In this document: one piece after another, positions 25,111 to 35,524 of the stretch
How the letters are laid out: each line of letters starts with the position of its first letter
How positions within the stretch are numbered: the stretch's first letter is position 1
Source: Coriobacteriia bacterium
Lineage (GTDB): Bacteria > Actinomycetota > Coriobacteriia > WRKU01
Assembly (NCBI GenBank): GCA_009784095.1
Contig: WRDL01000002.1
Coordinates: 1 to 37,005, forward strand
Direction of reading: 5' to 3'
DNA: 37,005 nucleotides
Program-made: the position numbers and the translations under genes
The notes under the pieces: generated by a model
Seen by the model: the letters and a program-made list of their open reading frames with translations, nothing else
Databases searched by the model: none
What the model was told of the DNA's origin: nothing

Positions 25111-25509
25111 CTACCACACATGGGCAAGCACTTCGCCGCCCACTCCTTTGACACGGGCATCGTGATCGCTCATGATGCCGCTTGAAGTCGAAATGATCGC
25201 GATACCCAGACCTCCGAGTACGCGAGGGATCTCGGTCGCCTTTACGTAGCGACGCAGACCCGGTTTCGAGATGCGATCGATACCGGTGATGGTACGCTCG
25301 CGCTTATCGCCGTATTTGAGTGTGATGACGAGTTGATCGACCGGCTTGGCCTTATCGACTCGCCAATCCGAGATGTATCCCTCTTCAAGAAGGATCTTTG
25401 CGATCGCCTCGAGCTTTTTGCTGGTCGGCATCGAGCACTGGGGCAGAGCCGCTCTGTTCGCATTGCGAATGCGTGTGAGCATATCTGCGATAGGATCATT
25501 CATTGACAT
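25111..25509 (-). CDS. rpsH: 30S ribosomal protein S8
   Basis: 132 aa. [14 protein letters not shown]...[24 protein letters not shown]. Confidence 0.95.
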   Translation of the reverse strand: MSMNDPIADMLTRIRNANRAALPQCSMPTSKKLEAIAKILLEEGYISDWRVDKAKPVDQLVITLKYGDKRERTITGIDRISKPGLRRYVKATEIPRVLGGLGIAIISTSSGIMSDHDARVKGVGGEVLAHVW

Positions 25510-25612
25510 AATTTGTTTCCTCTACGTTCGCTTTCTCTTGCTTGACCATTCATCTTCTTCTTGTAATCGCTGCATCACGACCGCTCCTGTCAGGTGCGAT
25601 CGATCCGTATTC

Positions 25613-25798
25613 CTACCAGCTCGCCTTGCGGACACCGGGAAGTTCGCCACGATTTGCCATATCGCGCAAGCAGATACGGCAGACACCGAACTGACGGTAC
25701 ACCGAACGCGGACGACCGCATCTGTTACAACGGCTGTAGGCGCGTGTCGAATACTTGGGTTCCCGCTTTGCTTTCGCTATGAGAGATTTTTTCGCCAT
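25613..25798 (-). CDS. rpsZ: 30S ribosomal protein S14, type Z (zinc-binding short form)
   Basis: 61 aa with CNRCGRP...CRIC and a terminal W. Confidence 0.93.
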   Translation of the reverse strand: MAKKSLIAKAKREPKYSTRAYSRCNRCGRPRSVYRQFGVCRICLRDMANRGELPGVRKASW

Positions 25799-25819
25799 GC
25801 TGCTACCTCTACACCTTTC

Positions 25820-26365
25820 CTATTTATCTTTGAACGGGAAACCGAATCCCGCTAAAAGTGCTCGTGCGCTCTCGTCATCGGGCGCGGTGGTCACGATCGT
25901 GACATCCATGCCACGCGTGCGATCGATCTTGTCGTAGTCGACCTCGGGAAAGATCAGTTGCTCATCGAGTCCGAGGCTGTAGTTGCCGCGCCCGTCGAAA
26001 CTGCTCAGCGGCAGACCGCGAAAGTCGCGGATACGCGGGATGGCGGTCGAGAGCAATCTGTCGAAGAACTCCCACATGCGATCGCCACGCAGGGTGACTT
26101 TGGCTCCGATCGGCATGCCGGCGCGGATTTTGAATCCCGCGATCGACTTGCGCGCCTTAGTGATCATCGGTTGCTGACCGGTGATCGTGCGCAGATCCTC
26201 GGTCGCACCATCGAGCTGCTTGGAGTCCGAGGCGGCTTCGCCGACACCCATATTGACCACGATCTTCTCCAGGCGGGGGATCTGCATGACATTGTCCAGA
26301 CCGAGCTCGTCCTTGATCTTGGGAGCGACCTCGTTCATATATTTTTCTTTTAGTCGGGGGGTCAT
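25820..26365 (-). CDS. rplE: 50S ribosomal protein L5
   Basis: Start trimmed to ATG 26365 ([13 protein letters not shown]...), preceded by AGGAAGGGA. The track ORF to 26434 overlaps rplX. Confidence 0.93.
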   Translation of the reverse strand: MTPRLKEKYMNEVAPKIKDELGLDNVMQIPRLEKIVVNMGVGEAASDSKQLDGATEDLRTITGQQPMITKARKSIAGFKIRAGMPIGAKVTLRGDRMWEFFDRLLSTAIPRIRDFRGLPLSSFDGRGNYSLGLDEQLIFPEVDYDKIDRTRGMDVTIVTTAPDDESARALLAGFGFPFKDK

Positions 26366-26378
26366 TGCGCATCCCTTC

Positions 26379-26696
26379 CTAATCGATATCTTTGCCGCAC
26401 TGCTTGCAGACGCGGACGCGGTTACCGTCGACACGCTTGATACCTACGCGCGTCGGCTTATGACATTTCGGGCACTCGAGCATCACCGTGCTGATATGGA
26501 TCGGCATCTCGCGCTCCTGAAATCCGCCTTGCGGATTATCTTGGGTCGGACGCATCGCCTTCTTGGCGACCGCCACATGCTCGCAGATGACACGCTCGGA
26601 CTGGGGATAGGCGCGCAACACGCGCGATTTCTTCCCCTTGTCCTTGCCGGCGATAACGACTACGTGATCACCCTTTTTGATTCTGAATTTGGCCAT
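26379..26696 (-). CDS. rplX: 50S ribosomal protein L24 (variant with CxxC...CxxC)
   Basis: 105 aa. KOW motif [16 protein letters not shown]. The C-terminal hairpin carries CPKC (residues 75-78) and CKQC (residues 97-100). Confidence 0.93.
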   Translation of the reverse strand: MAKFRIKKGDHVVVIAGKDKGKKSRVLRAYPQSERVICEHVAVAKKAMRPTQDNPQGGFQEREMPIHISTVMLECPKCHKPTRVGIKRVDGNRVRVCKQCGKDID

Positions 26697-26708
26697 TACT
26701 CTCTTCTC

Positions 26709-27080
26709 CTACAGTACTTCGGGAGCCAGCGAGACAATTTTCATGTACTTCTTGTCGCGCAACTCTCTCGCTACCGGTCCAAAAATACGCGTCCCGCGGG
26801 GAGCGCCGGTCGCCGGATCGATCACGACCGCGGCATTATCGTCGAATTTGATATAGCTGCCATCGTTGCGACGGACCTCTTTGACACAACGCACCACGAC
26901 CGCTTGGACGATCTCGCCCTTCTTGATCGCCGCGTTGGGCGTCGCTTCCTTGACCGAGCACACGATGATGTCGCCGACGCGTGCATAGCGACGTTTCGAG
27001 CCACCGAGCACCTTGATGACAGCGAGCTTGCGCGCACCGCTGTTATCGGCAACTTTGAGTCTGGTTTCTGCCTGGATCAT
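26709..27080 (-). CDS. rplN: 50S ribosomal protein L14
   Basis: 123 aa. [19 protein letters not shown]... Confidence 0.96.
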   Translation of the reverse strand: MIQAETRLKVADNSGARKLAVIKVLGGSKRRYARVGDIIVCSVKEATPNAAIKKGEIVQAVVVRCVKEVRRNDGSYIKFDDNAAVVIDPATGAPRGTRIFGPVARELRDKKYMKIVSLAPEVL

Positions 27081-27090
27081 CGTCTACCCC

Positions 27091-27366
27091 TTACTTAGCC
27101 TTCTCGATGATCTCGATCAGACGCCACCGCTTCATCTTGGAGAGCGGACGGGTCGCCATGACCGTCACCGTATCGCCGACGCCCGCTTCGTTGTTCTCAT
27201 CATGGACATGAAGCTTCGTCGACGAGGTGATCATCTTTCCGTAGAGCGGATGCTTCTTGCGCGCATCGACTCGGATCACGATCGATTTGTCGCCGGAGTC
27301 GCTGATGACGACACCGGTATAGGTCTTGCGCTGATTGCGCTCTTGTACCTCTTGTGCATTAGCCAT
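27091..27366 (-). CDS. rpsQ: 30S ribosomal protein S17
   Basis: Start trimmed to ATG 27366 (MANAQEVQERNQRKTYTGVV...), preceded by GGAGGAGG. It overlaps the rpmC 3' end by 8 nt. Confidence 0.92.
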   Translation of the reverse strand: MANAQEVQERNQRKTYTGVVISDSGDKSIVIRVDARKKHPLYGKMITSSTKLHVHDENNEAGVGDTVTVMATRPLSKMKRWRLIEIIEKAK

Positions 27367-27592
27367 GAACAGGCGCCTCCTCCGTGGATTTCGCATTTGC
27401 AGCGGTGATCTCACGCATACGGATCTCGGTGAGCAGACGCGCGATCGTTCTCTTTACCTGGCTGATCTTGCTCGTGTCATCTACTTGACCGGTCGCAAGA
27501 CGGAAGCGCAAGTTGAAAAGCTCTTCACGGGCATTCGCGAGTTCTTTTTCAAGATCGCTGTCGCCTAAAGTGTGGATCTCTTTAGCTTTCAT
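27359..27592 (-). CDS. rpmC: 50S ribosomal protein L29
   Basis: 77 aa. LEKELANAREELFNLRFRLATGQ pattern. Confidence 0.93.
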   Translation of the reverse strand: MKAKEIHTLGDSDLEKELANAREELFNLRFRLATGQVDDTSKISQVKRTIARLLTEIRMREITAANAKSTEEAPVHG

Positions 27593-27595
27593 CTG

Positions 27596-28144
27596 CTACG
27601 CCTCCTTTACTTCATCGTCACTGACATTGTCTTGTTCTGAGAGTACCTCGACCTCTGCCTCGGGCTCGGCCAGGCCGGCGGTCAGATCCGCCTCTCCCTT
27701 GTAGGAGTCCTTGACCACGAATCCTTCGGGCATCGGTGTCTCTCGTTTGAGGAACTTCGTCTTCACGGGCAACTTGTGCGAGGCGAGCCTGAGCGCCTCT
27801 TTGGCTACCTCTTCGTCGACTCCGGCCACTTCGAACATCACGCGACCGGGTTTGACGACGGCGACCCATTTCTCGGGGTTACCTTTACCGGAACCCATCC
27901 GGGTCTCTGCTGGTTTTTGCGTCACGGGCTTATCGGGAAAGATAGTGATCCAGACCTGACCACCACGCTTCATGTGGCGAGTCATCGCAACACGGGCAGC
28001 CTCGATCTGACGATTGGTGATCCAGCCTTTTTCGAGAGTTTGGAGTCCATACTCACCGAAACTGACCTTCGTGCCACCTTTCGCGCGACCTTTCATAGAG
28101 CCTCGCTGCACCTTACGGTGCTTAACGCGCTTTGGCATCAACAT
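27596..28144 (-). CDS. rplP: 50S ribosomal protein L16, with a roughly 45-aa acidic C-terminal extension
   Basis: 182 aa. [11 protein letters not shown]...[24 protein letters not shown]...[11 protein letters not shown], then an acidic tail to the stop. Confidence 0.94.
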   Translation of the reverse strand: MLMPKRVKHRKVQRGSMKGRAKGGTKVSFGEYGLQTLEKGWITNRQIEAARVAMTRHMKRGGQVWITIFPDKPVTQKPAETRMGSGKGNPEKWVAVVKPGRVMFEVAGVDEEVAKEALRLASHKLPVKTKFLKRETPMPEGFVVKDSYKGEADLTAGLAEPEAEVEVLSEQDNVSDDEVKEA

Positions 28145-28149
28145 TGTAC

Positions 28150-28860
28150 TTACGACCTCCCGCCTCTATTACCTCGACGGTTTCCGCCGCGTGGCGCGCG
28201 AACGCCTTCTAACGCAGGGGTAAGTGGTGGCTGTCCGGGCAGCACCTCACCGTGGTAAATCCAAACTTTTACTCCGATAATGCCCATCGCGGTCTGCGCG
28301 CGGGCCGTTCCATAATCGATACAAGCACGCAGCGTGTGAAGCGGCACGCGACCTTCGCGATACCACTCGCGGCGTGACATTTCTGCGCCACCGAGACGTC
28401 CGGCGCACTGCACACGGATACCGAGCGCGCCACTCTTCATGGCGGTCGTGACCGCTTTGCGCATCGCGCGACGAAACGCCACTCTGCCGACGAGCTGGTC
28501 GGCGATCGATTGGGCCACGAGCGTCGCGTCGAGTTCGGGGCGTACGATCTCGGTGATCTTCACATCGACCGGACCTCCGGTGATCTCAGCGATCTCCTTG
28601 CGCAGGATATCGATCTCCGAGCCACCTTTACCGATCACGATACCGGGACGAGCGGTGTGTATGTTGATATACGCCTTCTCACCCTTGCGTTCGATAAAGA
28701 CCTTGGAGACCGCCGCGCGCTCGAGGCGCGTGGCCAGAAACTCGCGCAACTTGATGTCGTTTGCGAGTGTCGCCGCATAATCTTTGCCGCCGAACCACGT
28801 CGAGCGATGCGGCTCGGTGATTCCCAGACGAAAACCTATTGGACAGACTTTTTGACCCAT
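28150..28860 (-). CDS. rpsC: 30S ribosomal protein S3
   Basis: 236 aa. [14 protein letters not shown]..., KH domain, RGG-rich C-terminus. Confidence 0.96.
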   Translation of the reverse strand: MGQKVCPIGFRLGITEPHRSTWFGGKDYAATLANDIKLREFLATRLERAAVSKVFIERKGEKAYINIHTARPGIVIGKGGSEIDILRKEIAEITGGPVDVKITEIVRPELDATLVAQSIADQLVGRVAFRRAMRKAVTTAMKSGALGIRVQCAGRLGGAEMSRREWYREGRVPLHTLRACIDYGTARAQTAMGIIGVKVWIYHGEVLPGQPPLTPALEGVRAPRGGNRRGNRGGRS

Positions 28861-28862
28861 AC

Positions 28863-29198
28863 CTACTCCTTGGTCCCGACAACCACCGTGATGTGGCTGG
28901 TACGCTTACGAATGCGAAATGCACGACCCTGCGCGCGAGGACGGATCCTCTTGAGCGTCGGACCATCGTCGACATAGATCTCACTGACGTAGAGATCCTC
29001 AGGTTGAGTCTGGTTCGTATACTCCGCGTTGGCTACCGCACTGTTGAGAGCCTTTAGGACGATCTCAGCGGCCGCGCGATCAGAAAACTGCAGGATCTGG
29101 CGTGCCTCATCGACCGACTTGCCACGAATAAGATCGGCAACAAGGCGTGCTTTGCGTGGCGCAACGCGCTGAAAACGAGCTACTGCTTTAGCTTGCAT
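28863..29198 (-). CDS. rplV: 50S ribosomal protein L22
   Basis: Start trimmed to ATG 29198 ([27 protein letters not shown]...), preceded by GGAGAGGGAG. The track ORF to 29231 overlaps rpsS. Confidence 0.92.
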   Translation of the reverse strand: MQAKAVARFQRVAPRKARLVADLIRGKSVDEARQILQFSDRAAAEIVLKALNSAVANAEYTNQTQPEDLYVSEIYVDDGPTLKRIRPRAQGRAFRIRKRTSHITVVVGTKE

Positions 29199-29214
29199 TA
29201 CCTTACTCCCTCTC

Positions 29215-29472
29215 CTACTTGTTGTGGCCACGATAGGTACGCGTCGGGCTGAACTCGCCCAGCTTGTGACCTACCATCGACTCGGTGATATATACGGGAA
29301 CGTGCTTGCGGCCGTCGTGGACCGCGATCGTGTGTCCGACCATCTCCGGAAAGATAGTTGAGGCGCGTGACCATGTTTTGATGACGTCCTTTTTGCCCTC
29401 ATCATTCATCTTCTGAATGCGAGTCAGCAACCGAGGTTCGACAAATGGTCCTTTTTTCAAACTTCTACTCAC
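29215..29472 (-). CDS. rpsS: 30S ribosomal protein S19
   Basis: GTG start at 29472 ((M)[15 protein letters not shown]...), preceded by GGAAAGGAAG. The track ORF to 29574 overlaps rplB. Confidence 0.9.
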   Translation of the reverse strand: MSRSLKKGPFVEPRLLTRIQKMNDEGKKDVIKTWSRASTIFPEMVGHTIAVHDGRKHVPVYITESMVGHKLGEFSPTRTYRGHNK

Positions 29473-29489
29473 CGCTACTTCCTTTCCGA

Positions 29490-30320
29490 CTATTTCTTGC
29501 GACGTCTGATGATCAGACGATCGGTCGACTTGTTCTTTTGACGAGTACGATGCCCCTTGGTAGGAACACCCCACGGGGTCACCGGATGACGTCCGGCGGA
29601 CTTGTTCTTACCCTCACCACCACCATGGGGGTGGTCGACCGGGTTCATGACGGTACCGCGTACGGTCGGACGCACGCCCTTGTGGCGCATACGACCGGCC
29701 TTGCCCCAGTTGATGTTGGAGTGATCGGCGTTGCCGACCTCACCGACGGTGGCGCGGCACTCGATGAGCACGCGACGCATCTCGGAGGACGGCATACGCA
29801 AGATGGCGTACTTGCCTTCCTTACCCATCAGCTGGATCGAGGTACCGGCGCTGCGTGCCAATGCGGCACCACGACCGGGCTCGAGCTCGACCGCATGAAT
29901 GACGGTACCGACCGGGATGTCCTTGAGCTTGAGCGCGCAACCGGGTTTGATGTCGCTTCCCTCGCCGCTGGTCACGGTCTGTCCGACCTCGAGACCTTTC
30001 GGGGCGAGGATATAGCGCTTCTCACCATCGGCGTAGTGCAGCAGCGCGATACGCGCATTACGGTTCGGATCGTACTCGATCGTGGCGACCTTGGCGGGGA
30101 TCCCGTCCTTCTTGCGCTTGAAATCGATGACGCGATACCGACGCTTGTGTCCGCCCCCTTGGTGGCGCACCGTTATGCGACCCATGTTGTTGCGTCCACC
30201 CTTTTTATGGAGCGGTGCAAGCAGTGACTTCTCAGGTGTCGTCGAGGTGATCTCGGAAAAATCCGAGACGCTCATCCCACGGCGACCGGGAGAAGTGGGC
30301 TTATATTTTTTTACAGCCAT
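29490..30320 (-). CDS. rplB: 50S ribosomal protein L2
   Basis: 276 aa. [14 protein letters not shown]...HPHGGGEG. Confidence 0.97.
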   Translation of the reverse strand: MAVKKYKPTSPGRRGMSVSDFSEITSTTPEKSLLAPLHKKGGRNNMGRITVRHQGGGHKRRYRVIDFKRKKDGIPAKVATIEYDPNRNARIALLHYADGEKRYILAPKGLEVGQTVTSGEGSDIKPGCALKLKDIPVGTVIHAVELEPGRGAALARSAGTSIQLMGKEGKYAILRMPSSEMRRVLIECRATVGEVGNADHSNINWGKAGRMRHKGVRPTVRGTVMNPVDHPHGGGEGKNKSAGRHPVTPWGVPTKGHRTRQKNKSTDRLIIRRRKK

Positions 30321-30332
30321 CCTAACCTCGCT

Positions 30333-30623
30333 TTATACCGTCGGGAAGATATCGATCTTGTCACCCTCGGCGAGCGTGACAAGCGCTTTCTTCCAGCTCT
30401 TCGTCTTTCCCAATGCATAGCGAACGCGGCGCGGCTTGCCCGCAACGTTCATCGTGTTGACCTTGACGACCTTCACATCGAAGATCTCTTCGATCGCGCG
30501 CGCGATCTGCGGTTTGGTCGCGTCCTTGTGGACCTCGAACGTGTAGGTGTTGAGGTCTTCCATCGCCGCCACGGATTTCTCCGACACGATGGGGCGGATG
30601 ATTATCTGTCGAGGATCTCTCAC
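30333..30623 (-). CDS. rplW: 50S ribosomal protein L23
   Basis: GTG start at 30623 ((M)RDPRQIIIRPIVSEKS...). It shares one nucleotide with the rplD stop (TAGTG). The longer track ORF overlaps rplD. Confidence 0.88.
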   Translation of the reverse strand: MRDPRQIIIRPIVSEKSVAAMEDLNTYTFEVHKDATKPQIARAIEEIFDVKVVKVNTMNVAGKPRRVRYALGKTKSWKKALVTLAEGDKIDIFPTV

Positions 30624-31249
30624 TATCCCAGCACCTCCTCGATAAAGGTAACCGCTTCCTTGCACAGAACGAGCATCTTGTTATCGATCAGGTCGTAGGT
30701 ATTGACCTCGAACGCGAAGATGACGCGCACCCGATCGATGTTGCGCAAGCTCAGGTACGCGTTGTCATCCTCGTTACCGACGACGACGGTGACCTTCTTG
30801 CCCTCCAGACCGAGCTCGGACAGCATTTTCGCGCCTGCCTTGGCCGAAGGTTTCTTGAAGTCGAATTTGTTGACGACGATCAGTTGCTCATCGGCGACTT
30901 TGGCCGACAGCGCGCTGCGCATCGCGAGTTTGACCACTTTATTGGGGACCTTGAACGCGTAGCTGCGCGGACTGGGGCCGAAAACGACACCACCGCCAGA
31001 CCACTGGGGCGCGCGGATGGTACCTTGGCGCGCACGACCGGTCCCTTTCTGACGCCACGGTTTGGCGCCACCACCGCGGACCATGCCGCGGGTCTTGGTC
31101 GAATGCGTTCCGCTCCGTTGTGCGGCCAGCTGGCTGCGCACTACGGTGTGCATTGCATACGTATTAGGCTCGATGCCATAGATGTCGGGGTTGCCTTTGA
31201 CCGCGGTCTTCTTGGCGCCCGCCATATCGAATGTCTTCAAACTAGTCAT
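30623..31249 (-). CDS. rplD: 50S ribosomal protein L4
   Basis: 208 aa. GGGAKPWRQKGTGRARQGTIRAPQW motif. Confidence 0.96.
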   Translation of the reverse strand: MTSLKTFDMAGAKKTAVKGNPDIYGIEPNTYAMHTVVRSQLAAQRSGTHSTKTRGMVRGGGAKPWRQKGTGRARQGTIRAPQWSGGGVVFGPSPRSYAFKVPNKVVKLAMRSALSAKVADEQLIVVNKFDFKKPSAKAGAKMLSELGLEGKKVTVVVGNEDDNAYLSLRNIDRVRVIFAFEVNTYDLIDNKMLVLCKEAVTFIEEVLG

Positions 31250-31266
31250 TACGTCTCCTCCTGCCC

Positions 31267-31878
31267 TTAAGCCTTGATGGTCAGAAGCGCGCCTTTACCG
31301 CCAGGGACTGCGCCCTTGACGAGCAGAAGATTCTGCTCAGCGTCGACTTTGACCACGTCGAGATTACGGACAGTTACCGTGTCATTACCCATACGACCGG
31401 GCATTTTCTGGCCCTTGAATACTTTTGCGGGAGTTGCAGCCTGTCCGATCGATCCGGGAGCGCGATGGAAGTGCGAACCGTGCGTCGCGCGTCCACCGCT
31501 GAAGTTGTGACGCTTGATGACGCCGGCAAAACCCTTACCCTTGCTCACGCCGGACACGCTGACATTCTTGACCTCGGCAAAGTCGGCGACGGTGAGTTCA
31601 TCTCCACAGGCCTTCTCGGTCGGCTCGTCGAGACGGATCTCGGCAAGATGCGTGAACGCATCGGTGCCGGCTTTATCGAAGTGGCCTTTCATCGGTTTAT
31701 TGACCTTGTGCTCGGCAAGCGGAACAAATCCGATCTGCACGGCATCATAGCCGTCGGTGTCCTTGGTCTTGACCTGCGTGACGACACACGGTCCTGCTTG
31801 AATGACCGTGACCGGAATGAGATCTCCCTCATCACTCCAGACCTGGGTCATCCCGATCTTCTTTCCTAATAGCTCCAT
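31267..31878 (-). CDS. rplC: 50S ribosomal protein L3
   Basis: 203 aa. LLGKKIGMTQVW...GKGFAGVIKRHNF.GG.ATHGS. RBS AAGGAGAGGGA. Confidence 0.96.
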   Translation of the reverse strand: MELLGKKIGMTQVWSDEGDLIPVTVIQAGPCVVTQVKTKDTDGYDAVQIGFVPLAEHKVNKPMKGHFDKAGTDAFTHLAEIRLDEPTEKACGDELTVADFAEVKNVSVSGVSKGKGFAGVIKRHNFSGGRATHGSHFHRAPGSIGQAATPAKVFKGQKMPGRMGNDTVTVRNLDVVKVDAEQNLLLVKGAVPGGKGALLTIKA

Positions 31879-31966
31879 CAGTCCCTCTCCTTAGGTGGTC
31901 GTAAGCCCTCCGGCACGCCTCTCGCGCCGTCCTCAGCGGACCACTTCCTCGACTATATCTATCCGA

Positions 31967-32278
31967 CTACGCCTTGATGTCGATCTCAACGCCGGCCGGC
32001 AGGTCGAGCCGACGAAGTGAATCGGCGGTCTTCTCCCCCAGCTTGGTGATGTCGATCAGACGCTTGTGCGTGCGGATCTCGAATTGTTCACGACTGTCCT
32101 TGTTCACGTGCGGACCACGGATCACGCAGTACAGATTACGAGAAGTGGGGAGCGGCACCGGACCGGTCACATGTGCGCCCGTTTTCAGAGCAGTGTCGAC
32201 GATCTTCTTTGCGCTCAGATCAACGACCTCGTGATCGTATCCTTGGAGGCGAATCCTAATCTTTTGGTTTGCTGCCAC
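31967..32278 (-). CDS. rpsJ: 30S ribosomal protein S10
   Basis: 103 aa. [16 protein letters not shown]...LPT pattern. GTG start is preceded by AAAGGAG. Confidence 0.95.
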   Translation of the reverse strand: MAANQKIRIRLQGYDHEVVDLSAKKIVDTALKTGAHVTGPVPLPTSRNLYCVIRGPHVNKDSREQFEIRTHKRLIDITKLGEKTADSLRRLDLPAGVEIDIKA

Positions 32279-32376
32279 GTTCCATCTCCTTTGAGTAACT
32301 ACTTCTCTTCTCTAACGTCATCGTCTTTCGTTGACCACTGTGATGCGATCGATCCGATATGGCGCGATCACTCCTT

Positions 32377-34470
32377 CTACGTGCTTGCGATCCCCATTTT
32401 TGCGGCGATCTCTTCCGCCACCGACTTCGGGACCGGTCGGTATGCGCCAAAATGCATGGTGTAGACCGCGCGCCCCTGCGTTTTGCTGCGCAGGTCGGTC
32501 GAATAACCGAACATCTCTGAGAGCGGAACTTGCGCGGTGACGACTTTGACACCGCCGCGATCCTCGGTACCCGCGATATGCCCGCGACGAGAGCTGATAT
32601 CGCCCATCACGTCGCCGAGGTAATCTTCGGGGGTCACGACTTCTACGTCCATGATCGGCTCGAGAAGCTTGGGGTTCGAGCGTCTGAGCGCTTCTTTGAC
32701 CGCCATCGAACCGGCGATCTTGAACGCGACTTCGCTCGAGTCGACCTCGTGATAGGATCCATCGACGAGCTCGATTCTGACGTCCACGGTCGGAAAACCG
32801 CTCATCACGCCGGAGGTCAACGCCTCCTGGATGCCGCGGTCGACCGGATTGATGTATTCCTTGGGAATCGCGCCACCGACGATCTTGCTCTCGAACTCAT
32901 AGCCTTCGCCGGGCTCGAGCGGGATCAGATTGATGATGACGTGACCGTATTGACCGCGACCGCCACTTTGGCGCGCGAATTTCATGTCGACGTTATCGAC
33001 GCGTCCACCGGCGGTCTCACGATAGGCGACCTGCGGTTTGCCGATGTTCGCCTCGACCTTGAACTCACGAAGCAGGCGGTCGACGATGACCTCGAGATGC
33101 AGCTCACCCATACCGGCGATAATGGTCTGACCGGTCTCCTGGTCGGTATGTACCTTGAAGGTCGGATCTTCTTCTGCCAGACGTGCCAGAGCGACCGAGA
33201 GCTTCTCCTGCTCTGCCTTGGTCTTGGGCTCGATGGCGATATCGATAACGGGATCGGGAAAGACCATCGACTCAAGGATGACCGCGTCCTTCTCTGAGCA
33301 CAGCGTATCTCCGGTCGTGGTGTTCTTGAGCCCGACCGCAGCGACGATGTCACCGGCGCTGCATTTTTCGATGTCCTGACGCGAGTTGGCATGCATCTGG
33401 AGCAGACGCCCGATACGCTCTTTGTTGTCCTTGGTCGAATTGAGTACGTAGCTACCGCTATCCAAGGTGCCCGAGTAGACACGGAAATACGTCAGCCGCC
33501 CTACAAAGGGATCGGTCATGACCTTGAATGCGAGCGCTGCGAACGGCTCAGCCGGATCGCTCCTGCGCTCGACCTCTTCGCCTGTCTTGACGTCGATACC
33601 GCGGATCGGCGGTACATCGAGCGGGCTCGGCAGGTAATCGATGACCGAGTCGAGCATCTGCTGCACTCCCTTGTTCTTAAAGGCGCTACCGCAGATGACC
33701 GGGGTCATCATGCAGGCGATCGTCGCCGCGCGCAGTCCTTGTTTGAGCTGCTCGACGGTGATCGACTCCTCATCTTCGAGGTATTGCATCATGAGGTCGT
33801 CATCGGCATCTGCCGCGGCCTCGATGACGAGGTGGCGTGCCTCGGCAGCCGCCTCTTTATACTCATCGGGGATCTCCCCGACGGTGGGATTCTCATTCTT
33901 GTCGTCATCGGAGAAGAACACCGCGTTCATCTCGACCAGATCGACGATACCGGTGAAGTTCTCCTCAGATCCAATGGGGAGCTGAATGGGTACCGCGTTG
34001 GCCTTGAGGCGATCCTTCATCATGTCGATGACGTTGTCAAAGTCCGCACCGGTACGATCCATCTTGTTGACGAATGCCAAGCGGGGGACATTGTAGTTCT
34101 GCGCTTGATGCCAGACCGTCTCAGACTGGGGCTGGACTCCGCCGACCGCGCAGAACACCGCGACGGCGCCGTCGAGCACGCGCAAGGAGCGCTCCACCTC
34201 GACAGTGAAGTCGACGTGACCGGGGGTATCGATTATCTGGATGCGATAGTCGTGCCAAAAGCATGTCGTCGCCGCAGAAGTGATGGTGATACCACGCTCC
34301 TGCTCCTGGACCATCCAGTCCATGGTGGCTTCTCCCTCATGCACCTCACCGATCTTGTGCGACTTGCCGGTGTAGTACAGGATGCGCTCGGTCGTCGTGG
34401 TCTTACCCGCGTCGATGTGAGCCATAATGCCGATGTTGCGTGTCTTATCCAGCGAAGACTTGCTCACCAC
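32377..34470 (-). CDS. fusA: Elongation factor G
   Basis: 697 aa. G-domain motifs [17 protein letters not shown] and NKMD. GTG start is preceded by AAGGGGAG. Confidence 0.97.
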   Translation of the reverse strand: MVSKSSLDKTRNIGIMAHIDAGKTTTTERILYYTGKSHKIGEVHEGEATMDWMVQEQERGITITSAATTCFWHDYRIQIIDTPGHVDFTVEVERSLRVLDGAVAVFCAVGGVQPQSETVWHQAQNYNVPRLAFVNKMDRTGADFDNVIDMMKDRLKANAVPIQLPIGSEENFTGIVDLVEMNAVFFSDDDKNENPTVGEIPDEYKEAAAEARHLVIEAAADADDDLMMQYLEDEESITVEQLKQGLRAATIACMMTPVICGSAFKNKGVQQMLDSVIDYLPSPLDVPPIRGIDVKTGEEVERRSDPAEPFAALAFKVMTDPFVGRLTYFRVYSGTLDSGSYVLNSTKDNKERIGRLLQMHANSRQDIEKCSAGDIVAAVGLKNTTTGDTLCSEKDAVILESMVFPDPVIDIAIEPKTKAEQEKLSVALARLAEEDPTFKVHTDQETGQTIIAGMGELHLEVIVDRLLREFKVEANIGKPQVAYRETAGGRVDNVDMKFARQSGGRGQYGHVIINLIPLEPGEGYEFESKIVGGAIPKEYINPVDRGIQEALTSGVMSGFPTVDVRIELVDGSYHEVDSSEVAFKIAGSMAVKEALRRSNPKLLEPIMDVEVVTPEDYLGDVMGDISSRRGHIAGTEDRGGVKVVTAQVPLSEMFGYSTDLRSKTQGRAVYTMHFGAYRPVPKSVAEEIAAKMGIAST

Positions 34471-34478
34471 TGCTCCCC

Positions 34479-34949
34479 TTACCAGCGATAGTGCGAGAAC
34501 GCACGGTTCGCTTCGGCCATTCTAAATACATCTTCACGCTTTTTAACGGAGTTACCGGTCTCATTGGCGGCATCCATGATCTCGGCGGCGAGTCGCTCGG
34601 CCATCGTGTTCTCTTTACGATCACGGGAGTGACCGACGATCCAGCGGATGCCCAGCGTGGTCGAACGGCGTGCGTTGACCTCGACGGGGACCTGGTAGGT
34701 CGAGCCACCGACACGCTTGGGGCGCACCTCGATCTGAGGCTTGACGTTGTCCATCGCCTTCTTGAAGACGCTGAGCGGGTCCTCTCCGGTCTTTTGCTCG
34801 ACGATGTCGAACGCACCGTAGACGATCGATTCGGCGACCGACTTCTTGCCGTCCCACAATATCTTGTTGATCAGCTGCGTGACCAGGCGGTTATTGTATT
34901 TTGCGTCTGGTACGATCTCGCGACGCTCAGGGGCATTACGACGTGGCAT
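34479..34949 (-). CDS. rpsG: 30S ribosomal protein S7
   Basis: Start trimmed to ATG 34949 ([20 protein letters not shown]...), 2 nt after the rpsL stop. The track ORF to 35081 overlaps rpsL. Confidence 0.94.
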   Translation of the reverse strand: MPRRNAPERREIVPDAKYNNRLVTQLINKILWDGKKSVAESIVYGAFDIVEQKTGEDPLSVFKKAMDNVKPQIEVRPKRVGGSTYQVPVEVNARRSTTLGIRWIVGHSRDRKENTMAERLAAEIMDAANETGNSVKKREDVFRMAEANRAFSHYRW

Positions 34950-34950
34950 C

Positions 34951-35322
34951 TTAGCTCTCCTTCTTCGCGCCATAACGGCTGCGTGATTGCTTGCGATCGG
35001 AAACACTCGCAGCATCCAGCGCGCCACGAACGATCTTGTAGCGAACACCGGGCAGGTCCTTAACACGACCACCACGCACAAGCACGATCGAGTGCTCCTG
35101 GAGGTTGTGACCGATGCCCGGGATATAGGCGGTGACCTCTTGCCCGTTGGTCAGGCGCACGCGGGCGACCTTACGTAGAGCCGAGTTCGGTTTTTTCGGG
35201 GTAATGGTATAGACACGCGTACAGACACCGCGACGCATCGGGTTGCCCTTGAGCGCGGGTGATTTACTCTTCTCGACGCTTGCCTTGCGGCCCTTGCGGA
35301 CCAACTGATTAATGGTTGGCAT
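34951..35322 (-). CDS. rpsL: 30S ribosomal protein S12
   Basis: 123 aa. [12 protein letters not shown]...[26 protein letters not shown]. Confidence 0.97.
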   Translation of the reverse strand: MPTINQLVRKGRKASVEKSKSPALKGNPMRRGVCTRVYTITPKKPNSALRKVARVRLTNGQEVTAYIPGIGHNLQEHSIVLVRGGRVKDLPGVRYKIVRGALDAASVSDRKQSRSRYGAKKES

Positions 35323-35423
35323 CCATGCTTCCTTTCAAACATATCCAACTGCGCTTTTCAGGTTCTGGTTCGGACCTGCTCGAAACACACAGAATTGTGC
35401 TCGGGATTTTGGCGCAACGGTAA

Positions 35424-35452
35424 ACTCTACAGGAGAGATGGTATGCTGTCAA
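35424..35452 (-). promoter_or_regulatory. Housekeeping-sigma (sigma-70/SigA-type) promoter of the rpsL-rpsG-fusA operon
   Basis: The minus strand reads TTGACA (35452-35447), a 17-nt spacer, then TAGAGT (35429-35424). This lies about 100 nt upstream of the rpsL ATG. Confidence 0.65.
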
Positions 35453-35524
35453 CGCGATCGAGAGCCGGGCGTATCTACAGTTTCATGGCGCATGGCTCAA
35501 CGATGACGTTTTTATTAAGTTTTA

